Of a stretch of DNA of 54,832 nt, positions 19,500 through 28,962 are shown piece by piece. Made by a program: the position numbers and the translations under genes. The notes beneath the pieces were generated by a model, which was given only the letters and a program-made list of their open reading frames with translations, did not search any database and was not told the DNA's origin. How positions within the stretch are numbered: position 1 is the first letter of the stretch; the number at the start of each line of letters is the position of its first letter. Origin of the DNA: Candidatus Actinomarinales bacterium. GTDB lineage: Bacteria > Actinomycetota > Acidimicrobiia > Actinomarinales > Actinomarinaceae. The DNA lies in contig SGYR01000004.1 of assembly GCA_004213405.1 (NCBI GenBank), positions 1 through 54,832 on the forward strand, read 5' to 3'.

Positions 19500-19795
19500 T
19501 CTTCTTCACCGTAAAAAACAAAAAAGTTTTTAAGAGTCTCCTCTACTTCAGATATATCAGATCCTAAATTTCTATTAAAGTTTACAGTTACGATATTAGA
19601 TTGAATAAAAATTGTTTCTATATCATTAGTCTCTTGAAATAACTTTAAAGCTAGCTGACCACTTACATCGGGTATTAACGATGCTTCAGAAATATTATGG
19701 AAAGTCATTCCCTCTTGACCAGAAACAGATCTATTTAAGTCAAAAATAATTGTTTTGTTTAACTTTGTACTCTTTACTTCAATAATTTGCCCCAT
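19496..19795 (-). CDS. Stand-alone Nfu/NifU N-terminal-like domain protein
   Basis: IFDLNRSVSGQEG..F and LALKLF..IETIFIQSNIVTV resemble the Nfu_N fold. No Cys. Confidence 0.55.
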   Translation of the reverse strand: MGQIIEVKSTKLNKTIIFDLNRSVSGQEGMTFHNISEASLIPDVSGQLALKLFQETNDIETIFIQSNIVTVNFNRNLGSDISEVEETLKNFFVFYGEEE

Positions 19796-21192
19796 TACAA
19801 ATCTCCAATTTCGTGAACTCTTATCAAATTAGTTGCCGCCTCAACATTAGGAGGTGTTCCAGCAACAACCACTACTTTATCACCTTTATTATATTTTTTT
19901 TCATTAATTAGAAAGTCGTTTGCAGTTTTCAACATCTCTGAAAAATGCTCTTCTCGTTGAATAAGAAATTGGTCTACACCCCAAAGTAAATTCATTTGGT
20001 TCATAGTTTTTTTCTTAGTTGTAAAGGTAATAATTTTTGCTTTTGGCCTAAAGTTAGAAATTAGGAGAGGGGTTCTGCCTGTTTCTGTGAAAGCAATGAT
20101 CGAAGTAGCTTCTATTTCATTTGCCACCTGAACTGCAGCCCTAGCTAGAGTGGTAGTTATTGAGTCTTCCTTCGAATCTTCTTTTGAAAGCAATGAAGAT
20201 GTGTCATTTCTAGAATCTGTTTCTTTACAAATTATAGACATAACTTCAACTACTCTATTTGGATTATCTCCGATAGATGTTTCTGCCGACAGCATCACAG
20301 CATCTGAACCCTCAAGTATTGCATTGGTAATATCAGTAACCTCAGCTCTAGTAGGTCTATAAGATGTTTTCATTGATTGAAGCATCTCAGTTGCAGTTAT
20401 AGATATTTTTCCTCGTTTGTTAGCAGCATCTAAAATTTGCTTTTGTACAAAGGGAACTTGCTCTAGTGGAAGCTGAACTCCTAGGTCTCCTCTAGCAACC
20501 ATGACTCCATCCGCAACATCTAAGATTTCATCAATGTTATCTAAAGCAGTTTTTAATTCTATTTTAGCTATTACTTTTACATCTTTTGGAATGATTTCTT
20601 TAACAAGATTTATATCACTTGCATTTCTAACAAACGAAACTGCAACAAAATCAACATCATGTTCTGATCCAAATTTGAGATGTTCTTTATCTTTCTCTGT
20701 TATAGCCGAGACTGACAGATTAGAGTCTGGAAATGCTACGCCCTGATTATCTCTAAGCTCTCCACCAATTAAGATAAGTGCTTCCAATTTATCATTTTCT
20801 TTTTCAACTACTTTAAGTACTATTTGTCCATCATCTATAAATACTCTGTCGTCAACATTTACATCTCTTAATAAATTTTCATAATTGATAAAAATAATGT
20901 CATTGTTTGATTCAGTTTCAGTATTTGTTAAGGTCACGTTTTTACTTTTTTCTAAAAAAGTATTCTCAGATGAAATACCAGTTCGTATTTTGGGTCCTTG
21001 AATATCTTGCATTATTGCAACTTGCTTATTAGATTTTCTTGCCCAAGAAATTACATTTTCATGATCTTCAAGTGTGCCATGTGAAAAATTTATTCTTAAG
21101 ACATTAGCTCCAGCATCTATAATCTTCTCAATTTTTGACTCACTTGATAGGCTTGGGCCAACTGTTGCAATAATTTTTGTTTTTCTATCCAT
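19795..21192 (-). CDS. pyk: Pyruvate kinase
   Basis: RKTKIIATVGP, RINFSHG, DIQGPKIR, MVARGDLGV, ATEMLQSM and DAVMLSAETS. Start re-called at ATG 21192. Confidence 0.96.
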   Translation of the reverse strand: MDRKTKIIATVGPSLSSESKIEKIIDAGANVLRINFSHGTLEDHENVISWARKSNKQVAIMQDIQGPKIRTGISSENTFLEKSKNVTLTNTETESNNDIIFINYENLLRDVNVDDRVFIDDGQIVLKVVEKENDKLEALILIGGELRDNQGVAFPDSNLSVSAITEKDKEHLKFGSEHDVDFVAVSFVRNASDINLVKEIIPKDVKVIAKIELKTALDNIDEILDVADGVMVARGDLGVQLPLEQVPFVQKQILDAANKRGKISITATEMLQSMKTSYRPTRAEVTDITNAILEGSDAVMLSAETSIGDNPNRVVEVMSIICKETDSRNDTSSLLSKEDSKEDSITTTLARAAVQVANEIEATSIIAFTETGRTPLLISNFRPKAKIITFTTKKKTMNQMNLLWGVDQFLIQREEHFSEMLKTANDFLINEKKYNKGDKVVVVAGTPPNVEAATNLIRVHEIGDL

Positions 21193-21236
21193 ATTGATTA
21201 AATACTTTAATAGCATGGTATAACAAATTTAAGAAT

Positions 21237-21842
21237 ATGAATAGAAAAAATATTATAGGTATCCCAATAAAAAACCTCGAAGAACCAATGTCTAGACTCG
21301 CTAGCACATTAGATAAAAACCAAAGAATTACCTTACAGATTGGACTTATTAAAAATTTAGCGGAATGTTTTAGAGACAAAGACAATGATATATTTTTAAT
21401 TTCAAATGATTCAGAAATAAAAAGATTAGCAAAGCAACTAAAAATAAATTTTTTCAATACAAAATCAGTTGGTTTGAATAAAGAAGTTATAGAGTTTTCT
21501 AATAATTTTAAAAATTACCATAAATGGATGATATGTCATTCAGATTTACCTTATCTAACAAAACATTTTGCAAAAACAATAAACCAAGAAATTGAAGGAA
21601 GTGAAATTCTAATAGCAAAAAGTAAAGATAGTGGCACTCCATTTATAGCTGGAACTGTTAGCTTTGATGAGTTTAGATTTGGAGTTAAAAGTTTTGATAA
21701 ACATTCAAAATACCTTAAGGAAAATAAGTACGAATATAAACAAATTTTTAACACTGAATTTACTTTTGAACTTGATGATGAAAGTGACTATCAAAAATTT
21801 CTGCTTAACCAACCAAGGTGGTTTAAAAAGCTAACAATTTAG
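21237..21842 (+). CDS. cofC: 2-phospho-L-lactate/phosphoenolpyruvate guanylyltransferase (F420 biosynthesis), divergent
   Basis: IPIK..MSRLASTL, GLN, HSDLP, SGT, FRFGVKSFDKH and ELDDESD match the CofC/FbiD pattern. Confidence 0.75.
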   Translation: MNRKNIIGIPIKNLEEPMSRLASTLDKNQRITLQIGLIKNLAECFRDKDNDIFLISNDSEIKRLAKQLKINFFNTKSVGLNKEVIEFSNNFKNYHKWMICHSDLPYLTKHFAKTINQEIEGSEILIAKSKDSGTPFIAGTVSFDEFRFGVKSFDKHSKYLKENKYEYKQIFNTEFTFELDDESDYQKFLLNQPRWFKKLTI

Positions 21843-21915
21843 CAGCCCCGACCGGATTTGAACCGGCGTTTCTGCCTTGAGAGGGCAGCGTCCTAGGCCT
21901 CTGGACGACGGGGCC
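21843..21915 (-). tRNA. tRNA-Glu (CTC)
   Basis: GGCCCCG/CGGGGCT acceptor stem, CTGCC-CT CTC AA-GGCAG anticodon arm, GGTTCAAATCC T arm. No encoded CCA. Confidence 0.96.
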
Positions 21916-21919
21916 TCTG

Positions 21920-21991
21920 CTCGGGGAGAAGGACTTGAACCCTCAACGATGGGACCAGAACCCATTGTGTTGCCAATTACACCATCCCCGA
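21920..21991 (-). tRNA. tRNA-Gln (CTG)
   Basis: TCGGGGA/TCCCCGA acceptor stem (U1-A72), ATGGG-TT CTG GT-CCCAT anticodon arm, GGTTCAAGTCC T arm. No encoded CCA. Confidence 0.96.
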
Positions 21992-21998
21992 AAGGTAG

Positions 21999-22071
21999 CA
22001 GCCCCGACCGGATTCGAACCGGCGTTTCTGGGTTGAAAACCCAGCGTCCTAGGCCTCTGGACGACGGGGCC
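21999..22071 (-). tRNA. tRNA-Glu (TTC)
   Basis: GGCCCCG/CGGGGCT acceptor stem, CTGGG-TT TTC AA-CCCAG anticodon arm, GGTTCGAATCC T arm. No encoded CCA. Confidence 0.96.
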
Positions 22072-22103
22072 GTATAAATATTAAGAATAAAGTATTTTAA
22101 TTA

Positions 22104-23420
22104 TTAGTTGTTATAATTTTTGATACTTTCTGCCAATCTGGCAATAGTTGTCTCTTTACCAAGTGCAAATATTGACTCAAACAATGGTGGACTAATTTTT
22201 GTACCCGTAACAGCTACTCTTGCTGACTGAAAACCTACTTTAGTTTTTATATCTAATTCTTCTAAAGTCGCTCTCATAGTATCTTCTATAATATTTAAAT
22301 TAAAGTCACCTAATGCAATAAACTTATTTCTAATAGCATCTAAGTATTTTTGAGCCTCCTCAGAATTTACAGAGTCCCAATCTTCCTTATCTACAATAAA
22401 TGGCTCATCAATTAGAAACTGGACTTGGCCAAAAAGATCGTTCATCGTTTCAATTCTTTCTTGTACAGAGGGAAATATTTTTAACAACCTATCTTTTTCT
22501 TCATTAAATAATTCTCTACTAAGTTGATTCTCAATATTTTGCAGTGAATCCTCTTCAAATTTATTTGGTGAAGTTGATCTTATATACTGTCCATTTAACC
22601 AAAGGAGTTTTTTTTCATCAAAAGTAGCTGAATTTGGTAGTACTTTATTTAAATCAAATTTACTGATTGCAAAATCACTATCAAAAAGCTCAATGTCATC
22701 ACCTGGTGACCAGCCAAGTAGACAAAGATAGTTGAACATTGCATCATTTAATATTCCCTTTTGACGAAATGCTTCAACTGATGTATCACCATGTCTTTTA
22801 CTAAGTTTTTTACCGTCAGGACCAAATAATAAAGGTAGATGACAAAAATTTGGTATCACTGCATCTAAGGCTTCCATAATCAATATGTGCTTGGGAGTTG
22901 ATGAAAGTATATCCTCTCCCCTCGCAATTATTGTTATCCCATAATCTATATCATCTACTGTAGAGGCAAGGTGATATGTCGGGGTATTGTCAGATCTTAA
23001 AATGACAAAATCTTCTACATCTGAAGTTTCAAATGACATGTCTCCACGTACAAAATCTTTGAATTCAATTGACCTATCACTAGGGACTTTGAATCTAATT
23101 GCACCATCATCTTTATAAGCAAGGTCTTTTTCTAAGAGTTCATTTGCTACTTCTCTATATCTGTCAAACCGTGAAGATTGTTTGTAATCCCCATGCTCTC
23201 CACCAACTTCAACACCCTCATCCCAATCAAGTCCTAACCATCTTAGGTTTTCTAGAATATCTTTTTGAAACTCTTCAGTGCTACGCTCTATGTCAGTGTC
23301 ATCAATTCTTACAACAAAAGTGCCTCCATTTGCTTTAGCATATAGCCAGTTGAATAATGCAGTCCTAGCGTTTCCTATATGAAGGCTGCCAGTTGGTGAA
23401 GGGGCAATTCTTAATTTCAT
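22104..23420 (-). CDS. gltX: Glutamate--tRNA ligase (short form lacking the Zn-binding insertion)
   Basis: RIAPSPTGSLHIGNARTALFN, RIDDTD, RGED and KKLSKRHG. Confidence 0.96.
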   Translation of the reverse strand: MKLRIAPSPTGSLHIGNARTALFNWLYAKANGGTFVVRIDDTDIERSTEEFQKDILENLRWLGLDWDEGVEVGGEHGDYKQSSRFDRYREVANELLEKDLAYKDDGAIRFKVPSDRSIEFKDFVRGDMSFETSDVEDFVILRSDNTPTYHLASTVDDIDYGITIIARGEDILSSTPKHILIMEALDAVIPNFCHLPLLFGPDGKKLSKRHGDTSVEAFRQKGILNDAMFNYLCLLGWSPGDDIELFDSDFAISKFDLNKVLPNSATFDEKKLLWLNGQYIRSTSPNKFEEDSLQNIENQLSRELFNEEKDRLLKIFPSVQERIETMNDLFGQVQFLIDEPFIVDKEDWDSVNSEEAQKYLDAIRNKFIALGDFNLNIIEDTMRATLEELDIKTKVGFQSARVAVTGTKISPPLFESIFALGKETTIARLAESIKNYNN

Positions 23421-23421
23421 A

Positions 23422-24198
23422 TTATTTAACTGGATTTATCAGTGTGCCAATAGTCTCTATTTCTATTTTGATTTCATCACCTGGCTGAACTTTAGAGACT
23501 CCTTCGGGAGTACCTGTAAGAACAACATCTCCTGGCAAAAGAGTCATAATTGATGAAACAAACTCCAAAATTTCACCAACACTAAAAATCATATCTTTTG
23601 TATTTCCATCTTGTTTTAGCTGATCATTAACAAAGCATTTAATTCCCAACTCTGGATTCTGCTCAAAATTAGTTTGTATTACGGGACCTAAAGGACAAAA
23701 GGTATCAAAACTTTTTGCTCTTGTAAAATTACCATTGAATGTTCCATCTTGTCCCTGTAAAACTCTTTCTGATAAATCGTTAGCAATAGTAAATCCTAGA
23801 ACACTATCCATCCAATTATCCTTAGTAAGATTTTTACTGAGTTTTCCAATTACTACTGCTAATTCAGCCTCATGATCAACATGTTGACCAATTGGTGGAT
23901 ATATTATTGACTCACCAGTGCCAATTACAGATGTTGAAGGTTTATTAAAAAATACTGGATTTTTTGGTGCCGTATAATCATGAACTCCTAACTCAACTGC
24001 ATGTTTTTCATAATTTTTTGCAACAGCTGTAACTTTACTTGGTAAAACTGGTGCTAATAACTGAATTTCATCAATACTATACTTTTCTTCCGTAGGCTCC
24101 CAAACAACAAGGGGTGAGCCTTCGTAGCGAATAATACCTTCGTCGGTAAGTTCACCATAAAAGATTTCGCCTTCAAACTTAGCTCTTACAATCTTCAT
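23422..24198 (-). CDS. Fumarylacetoacetate hydrolase family protein
   Basis: AKNYEKHA, DHEAELAVVIG, RAKSFDTFCPLGP and LLPGDVVLTGTPEGV. Confidence 0.92.
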   Translation of the reverse strand: MKIVRAKFEGEIFYGELTDEGIIRYEGSPLVVWEPTEEKYSIDEIQLLAPVLPSKVTAVAKNYEKHAVELGVHDYTAPKNPVFFNKPSTSVIGTGESIIYPPIGQHVDHEAELAVVIGKLSKNLTKDNWMDSVLGFTIANDLSERVLQGQDGTFNGNFTRAKSFDTFCPLGPVIQTNFEQNPELGIKCFVNDQLKQDGNTKDMIFSVGEILEFVSSIMTLLPGDVVLTGTPEGVSKVQPGDEIKIEIETIGTLINPVK

Positions 24199-24216
24199 TA
24201 TTCAAGTGTAAAAGTT

Positions 24217-24651
24217 TTATAAATTATCAGCGTCAATAGTTGAAAATAATTCAGATAAATGCAAACCTTTTATTGTTTCTTTACCAGCTATTAAGAGATT
24301 TTCTTTAGTCAGTAAACCAAGAGAGGTTTCACTTATCTCTAAAACCTTTAAGACTTTTTCTACGTCACTTTTAGTAGGGCCTCTTCCAGCCAGTGATGCC
24401 TGATAAATTACTAAATTTGAAATAATTTTTGTAATTAACTTTTTCTTATGATGAGAACTCCAAAAATGTTCATATTTTTTTATTAATTTCAAGGCATAAC
24501 CACTATCAGGACTTGGTATTGAGAATGCTTCTTCGTATGGATGTTTTAGTGAACTATTTGAGTCTTTTTTTCCTTGTGATCTTGGAACAGGCAGGTCAGA
24601 TAGTGTCTGTAATTTGTAATTCGTTTCTTCTATATTTGGTTGCTGGCTCAC
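24217..24651 (-). CDS. Hypothetical protein
   Basis: Overlaps the ilvE stop in operon fashion. Contains PSPDSGYALKL and ASLAGRGP segments; no family recognised. Confidence 0.65.
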   Translation of the reverse strand: MSQQPNIEETNYKLQTLSDLPVPRSQGKKDSNSSLKHPYEEAFSIPSPDSGYALKLIKKYEHFWSSHHKKKLITKIISNLVIYQASLAGRGPTKSDVEKVLKVLEISETSLGLLTKENLLIAGKETIKGLHLSELFSTIDADNL

Positions 24652-25565
24652 TTAACTAATGTTAAATAATTATCAGAATTAGCGTCATTTCCATTTACAA
24701 TTTCGAGATATTTTTTTCTAATTGCGTTTGTAACATCTCCAGGTGAACCGTTTCCTATATTGCTATTGTCAACAGATACAACACCAATTACCTCTGTAGC
24801 AGTTCCAGTAAAGAAAAGTTCATCAGCACTTAGTAAGTCCTCTTTAGAAATATTTTGCTCAGTTAATTCAAAATTCAAATTATTAGCTATTTCGATTACT
24901 GTTTTTCTAGTAATTCCACCCAATGCGCCTGTTTCAATAGGAGGTGTGGTTATTTTATTATTCTTAATTAAAAATAAATTCTGTCCACTACCTTCTGCTA
25001 CAACATCGCCATCACCAAACATTATTGCATCATCATATCCATTGTTTACAGCATCAATTTTTGCAAGTGTTGAATTCATATAACCTCCTACTCCTTTTGC
25101 TGTAGGTATAAAACTTTCTGGACTGATTCTTTTCCATTTTGAGATACAGACCTTAACACCGTTGTTTCCAGCTTCGTCTCCAAGGTAAGCTCCCCAACTC
25201 CATGCAGAAATAGAGACACATACAGGTACGTCGCTTGGTAAAAGTCCCATTTCGCCCTCACCGAAAAATACTAAAGGTCTTATGTATGCGGACGTTAGGT
25301 TATTAAGGTGTACAGAATCTTTAATTGCTTGAGTAATTACTTCTTTATCGTATGGGATGTTCATGTTGTATGCTTTTGCAGAATTATATAATCTATCTAC
25401 ATGGTCGTTTAGTCTAAAAATAGAAGTGCCTTTTGGACATTCCCTAGCTCTAATTCCCTCAAAAACACCCGTGCCATAATGCAAGGTATGTGACATGACA
25501 CTAACTGTTGCATCTTCCCAGTTAACAAACTCACCATTCATCCAAATAAGTTTTGACTTTTCCAT
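24648..25565 (-). CDS. ilvE: Branched-chain amino acid aminotransferase
   Basis: LHYGTGVFEGIR, YIRPLVF, AKGVGGY, EGSGQNLF, LGGITR and FFTGTATEV. Start re-called at ATG 25565. Confidence 0.95.
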   Translation of the reverse strand: MEKSKLIWMNGEFVNWEDATVSVMSHTLHYGTGVFEGIRARECPKGTSIFRLNDHVDRLYNSAKAYNMNIPYDKEVITQAIKDSVHLNNLTSAYIRPLVFFGEGEMGLLPSDVPVCVSISAWSWGAYLGDEAGNNGVKVCISKWKRISPESFIPTAKGVGGYMNSTLAKIDAVNNGYDDAIMFGDGDVVAEGSGQNLFLIKNNKITTPPIETGALGGITRKTVIEIANNLNFELTEQNISKEDLLSADELFFTGTATEVIGVVSVDNSNIGNGSPGDVTNAIRKKYLEIVNGNDANSDNYLTLVK

Positions 25566-25627
25566 TATTAATAACAAATAATAGTCCTTTTTATCATTGA
25601 AGCTATAAAAAATACTATTATTCAATT

Positions 25628-26089
25628 GTGAAAAGATTTTTGGCATCAGGATTTGGTGTTGGACTAGTCTGGCAAAATATTTTTGGCAATAAAAAAGGTG
25701 GTGGAACTTTAGCACCTTTAATTTTCACCATTCTGGTTTATTTCTTAAATCTAAACGTACTTGCATTATCAATTGTATTTGTATCATTACTCTTAATTTA
25801 TTTCTATTCTGTGGAAGATCATTATGCTGATGAAGACCCAAGTTGGATCACTTTAGATGAAATTGTTGGAATGAGTTTAGTATCTTTAGCTTCACCCTCA
25901 GAAATGCTACCTCTAATTGCAGGATTTCTAGTGTTTAGAGCAAGTGATATTTTAAAACAACCAAAATTTGTTTCACAGTTAGAGGATTACCCAGGAAAAC
26001 TCGGTGTTCTATATGATGATTTAGGGGCTGGGTTATTAGGTTTACTATCCGCTACGATAGTACACCAAGTTAGCCTTCTAACTCTTTAA
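25628..26089 (+). CDS. pgpA: Phosphatidylglycerophosphatase A family
   Basis: LASGFGVG, GGTL, DPSWITLDEIVG, FRASDILK and GVLYDDLGAG. Confidence 0.85.
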   Translation: MKRFLASGFGVGLVWQNIFGNKKGGGTLAPLIFTILVYFLNLNVLALSIVFVSLLLIYFYSVEDHYADEDPSWITLDEIVGMSLVSLASPSEMLPLIAGFLVFRASDILKQPKFVSQLEDYPGKLGVLYDDLGAGLLGLLSATIVHQVSLLTL

Positions 26090-27515
26090 GCAATAATTCT
26101 TTAGCCATTCCTGGATTAACAGAGCCGTTAGATTGCTTCATAAGTTGCCCAACAAGAAAACCAACTAATTTATCTTCACCTGATTTTATTCTGTCAACTA
26201 TATCTTGATTCTCTTTGATAATCTGATTTATCATTTCTGAGATTTTTTCAGAGTCATTTTCCTGAAATAGATTTTTCTGCTCAGCTACTTTACTTGGAGT
26301 AGTTTCCGTAGTTAAGATTTCATTCAAAATAATTTTTGCAGATGTAAAAGATATTTTATTACTTTTGATTAATTCAATAATTTCTGATAAATAGTTGTCA
26401 TTGAACCATTTTGGAAGAACGTCAATATTTGCTTTTCTCATTTGTCCCTGAAGCTCCCCTGTAATCCAATTGTATGAAGATACCGAGTCTTTTGTTTGGT
26501 CAAAAACTTTAACGTACAATTTTTTAATCCAATCATCGCTTTTACTTAATATATTTGACTGGCTCAAAGAAAGGCCTGTTGTCATTAATTCCTCTCTTTG
26601 AACTTTTGGAAGAAGCGGCATTAGTGTTTCAACTTCTTTAATAAACTCATCACTTAAAAACATATTAGGTAGGTCGGGATCAGAAAAATATCTGTAATCG
26701 GCACTGCCTTCTTTTGACCTCATTGTGCTAGTTATTTCTTTATTTTCGTCCCAATGTCTAGTTTCCTGAACTATTTCAACTCCACCTTCAAGCGCTTTAG
26801 ATTGTCTTTGTATTTCATAATCTATTGCTCTTTCTAATGATCGCAAAGAGTTCATGTTTTTTATCTCTACTTTTGTTCCTAGTTCAGTACTATCTTCAGG
26901 TGCTACTGATATGTTTGCATCAAATCTTAAATTACCCTTCTCTAGACGACCTTCTGATATATTTAAGTCTATTGATAGTTGCCTTAGCTCCTCTATGTAA
27001 GCAACAGCTTGTTTTGATGATGAAATCACTGGTTTAGTAACAATCTCGACTAAAGGTACACCCGAACGATTAAAATCCAGTGCAGTACTAGTGGCGGATT
27101 CAATTCTACCTGATCCACTGTGTGAAGATTTACCTGTATCCTCTTCCATGTGAACTCTTTCAATTTGAATATAATCATTATTTTCACCAATAACTATTTC
27201 TAATTCACCATTAAGTCCAACTGGTAAATCAAATTGAGAGATTTGATAGTTTTTTGGTAAATCGGGGTAAAAATAATTTTTACGATGAAACATACCTTTA
27301 CTTGTTATTTCACAGCCAGTGCTAAGAGCAAGTAATGTAATAAATTCTATAGCTTTTTTGTTTGGCACAGGCAAAGCACCCGGTAAGCCTATGCAGGTTG
27401 GACATAAGCTTATGTTTGGTTCATCCGTATCAACAACTGCGCACCTACAAAACATTTTTGTATTCGTATTTAACTCAATATGAGTTTCAATACCAATTGT
27501 AGGTTTTAAAGACAT
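26070..27515 (-). CDS. gatB: Asp/Glu-tRNA(Asn/Gln) amidotransferase subunit B
   Basis: IGIETHIEL, RKNYFYPDLPKNYQISQ, DFNRSGVPLVEIVT and DYRYFSDPDLP. Start re-called at ATG 27515 (TAATG overlap with gatA). Confidence 0.96.
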   Translation of the reverse strand: MSLKPTIGIETHIELNTNTKMFCRCAVVDTDEPNISLCPTCIGLPGALPVPNKKAIEFITLLALSTGCEITSKGMFHRKNYFYPDLPKNYQISQFDLPVGLNGELEIVIGENNDYIQIERVHMEEDTGKSSHSGSGRIESATSTALDFNRSGVPLVEIVTKPVISSSKQAVAYIEELRQLSIDLNISEGRLEKGNLRFDANISVAPEDSTELGTKVEIKNMNSLRSLERAIDYEIQRQSKALEGGVEIVQETRHWDENKEITSTMRSKEGSADYRYFSDPDLPNMFLSDEFIKEVETLMPLLPKVQREELMTTGLSLSQSNILSKSDDWIKKLYVKVFDQTKDSVSSYNWITGELQGQMRKANIDVLPKWFNDNYLSEIIELIKSNKISFTSAKIILNEILTTETTPSKVAEQKNLFQENDSEKISEMINQIIKENQDIVDRIKSGEDKLVGFLVGQLMKQSNGSVNPGMAKELLLKELEG

Positions 27516-28960
27516 TACAACCATCCTTTAGGTTGTCCATCAAACTGAACCTCATTTTCAATTATTTCTGAAAAATCTAGAAGTGAATTATCGGATAATG
27601 GCTTACTCATTACTTGCACTCCAAGAGGTAGTTCATCTTTACTAAGTCCAGTAGGAATACTTATTGCTGGAAGACCAGCCAAATTTGCTGGAATTGTGCA
27701 TAAGTCTGACATGTACATTTCTAATGGATTACTTGTTTTCTCACCAGACTTGAAAGCCTGTGTTGGAGTTGTTGGTGAAATCAAATAATCAACATCTTTA
27801 AATGTTTTAGCAAATTCATCTATCATCTCTTTTCTTGCCTGCAAAGCTTTTCCATAATATTCGTCATAATACCCTGCTGATAGTGCATAGGTTCCTAACA
27901 GAATTCTTCTTTTAACTTCAGCACCAAATCCTTCGGCTCTGGTATTTTCCATCATTTCATAACTAGTGTTTCCATCTACCCTTAATCCATATCTAACGCC
28001 ATCAAATCGAGCAAGGTTAGCTGAGCACTCAGCTGGTGCGATTAAATAATAGATACTGATAGAAAGTTTGATTATTGGTATTGAGATTTCTTTAACTTTG
28101 TAACCTTTAGATTTAAGAATTTCAACGACTTTATTAACTTCATTTTTAGCTTCATCAGAAATGCCATCTTCCATTAATTCTTTTATCACTCCAATTGTCG
28201 CACTGTTATCACTTGGAATATCTAATTGGTTATTAATTACTGAAGTAGCGTCTCGACTATCTTCTCCAGAAATCGAGGAAAAAATGATTCTTGAGTCGTC
28301 TACAGTTTTAGTAATTGGACCAATTTGATCTAAAGAAGATGCGAAAGCCACCAAACCAAATCTTGAAACAGTTCCATAAGTCGGCTTAAAACCTACTAAA
28401 CCACAAAAAGACGCTGGCTGTCTTATTGATCCACCAGTATCACTTCCAAGTGCTGCAATTGATGATCTTGCACCAACAGAAGCGGCAGAACCTCCAGAAG
28501 ACCCTCCAGGAACATAATCTGTATTCCACGGATTTTTAGTAAGGCCAAATGCAGAGTTTTCAGTGGATGAGCCCATCGCAAATTCATCGAGATTTGTTTT
28601 ACCCGTAAACAAAGTATTCTGCTCTTTAAGTTTTTCAATTACTGTTGCGTCATAAGGAGATGTATAGTTTGATAACATTTTCGAAGAGCATGTAGTTTTA
28701 TAATTTTTTATATTGATATTGTCTTTAATTGCAATTGGTATTCCATCTAATAAACTAGCTGATTCACCATTGCTGAACCTTTTGTCAGAATCAGCCGCTT
28801 TTTTTATATTTTCCTCTTCAAAAAGTGTTAGATGTGCATGAAGTGCTGCTTCTGAGTTTGCAGCATTTTCAAATACTTTTGAATACAATTCAGATGGTTT
28901 TAACTCTTTTTTTGTAAACAGTGAGTTTATTTCTCTAATAGATAAATTTGAAGCATCCAT
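27515..28960 (-). CDS. gatA: Amidotransferase subunit A
   Basis: GKTNLDEFAMGSSTENS, PGGSSGGSA, GSDTGGSIRQPA and RRILLGTYALSAGY. Confidence 0.97.
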   Translation of the reverse strand: MDASNLSIREINSLFTKKELKPSELYSKVFENAANSEAALHAHLTLFEEENIKKAADSDKRFSNGESASLLDGIPIAIKDNINIKNYKTTCSSKMLSNYTSPYDATVIEKLKEQNTLFTGKTNLDEFAMGSSTENSAFGLTKNPWNTDYVPGGSSGGSAASVGARSSIAALGSDTGGSIRQPASFCGLVGFKPTYGTVSRFGLVAFASSLDQIGPITKTVDDSRIIFSSISGEDSRDATSVINNQLDIPSDNSATIGVIKELMEDGISDEAKNEVNKVVEILKSKGYKVKEISIPIIKLSISIYYLIAPAECSANLARFDGVRYGLRVDGNTSYEMMENTRAEGFGAEVKRRILLGTYALSAGYYDEYYGKALQARKEMIDEFAKTFKDVDYLISPTTPTQAFKSGEKTSNPLEMYMSDLCTIPANLAGLPAISIPTGLSKDELPLGVQVMSKPLSDNSLLDFSEIIENEVQFDGQPKGWL

Positions 28961-28962
28961 AA

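Noticed and set aside
21843-22071. Direct repeat as possible attL/attR of an integrated element
   Set aside because: Both copies are complete tRNAs with different anticodons, only tRNA-Gln lies between them, and no integrase is present.
21877-22077. 66-aa ORF with an internal repeat
   Set aside because: It is a translation of the tRNA genes; the repeat is the two tRNA-Glu copies.
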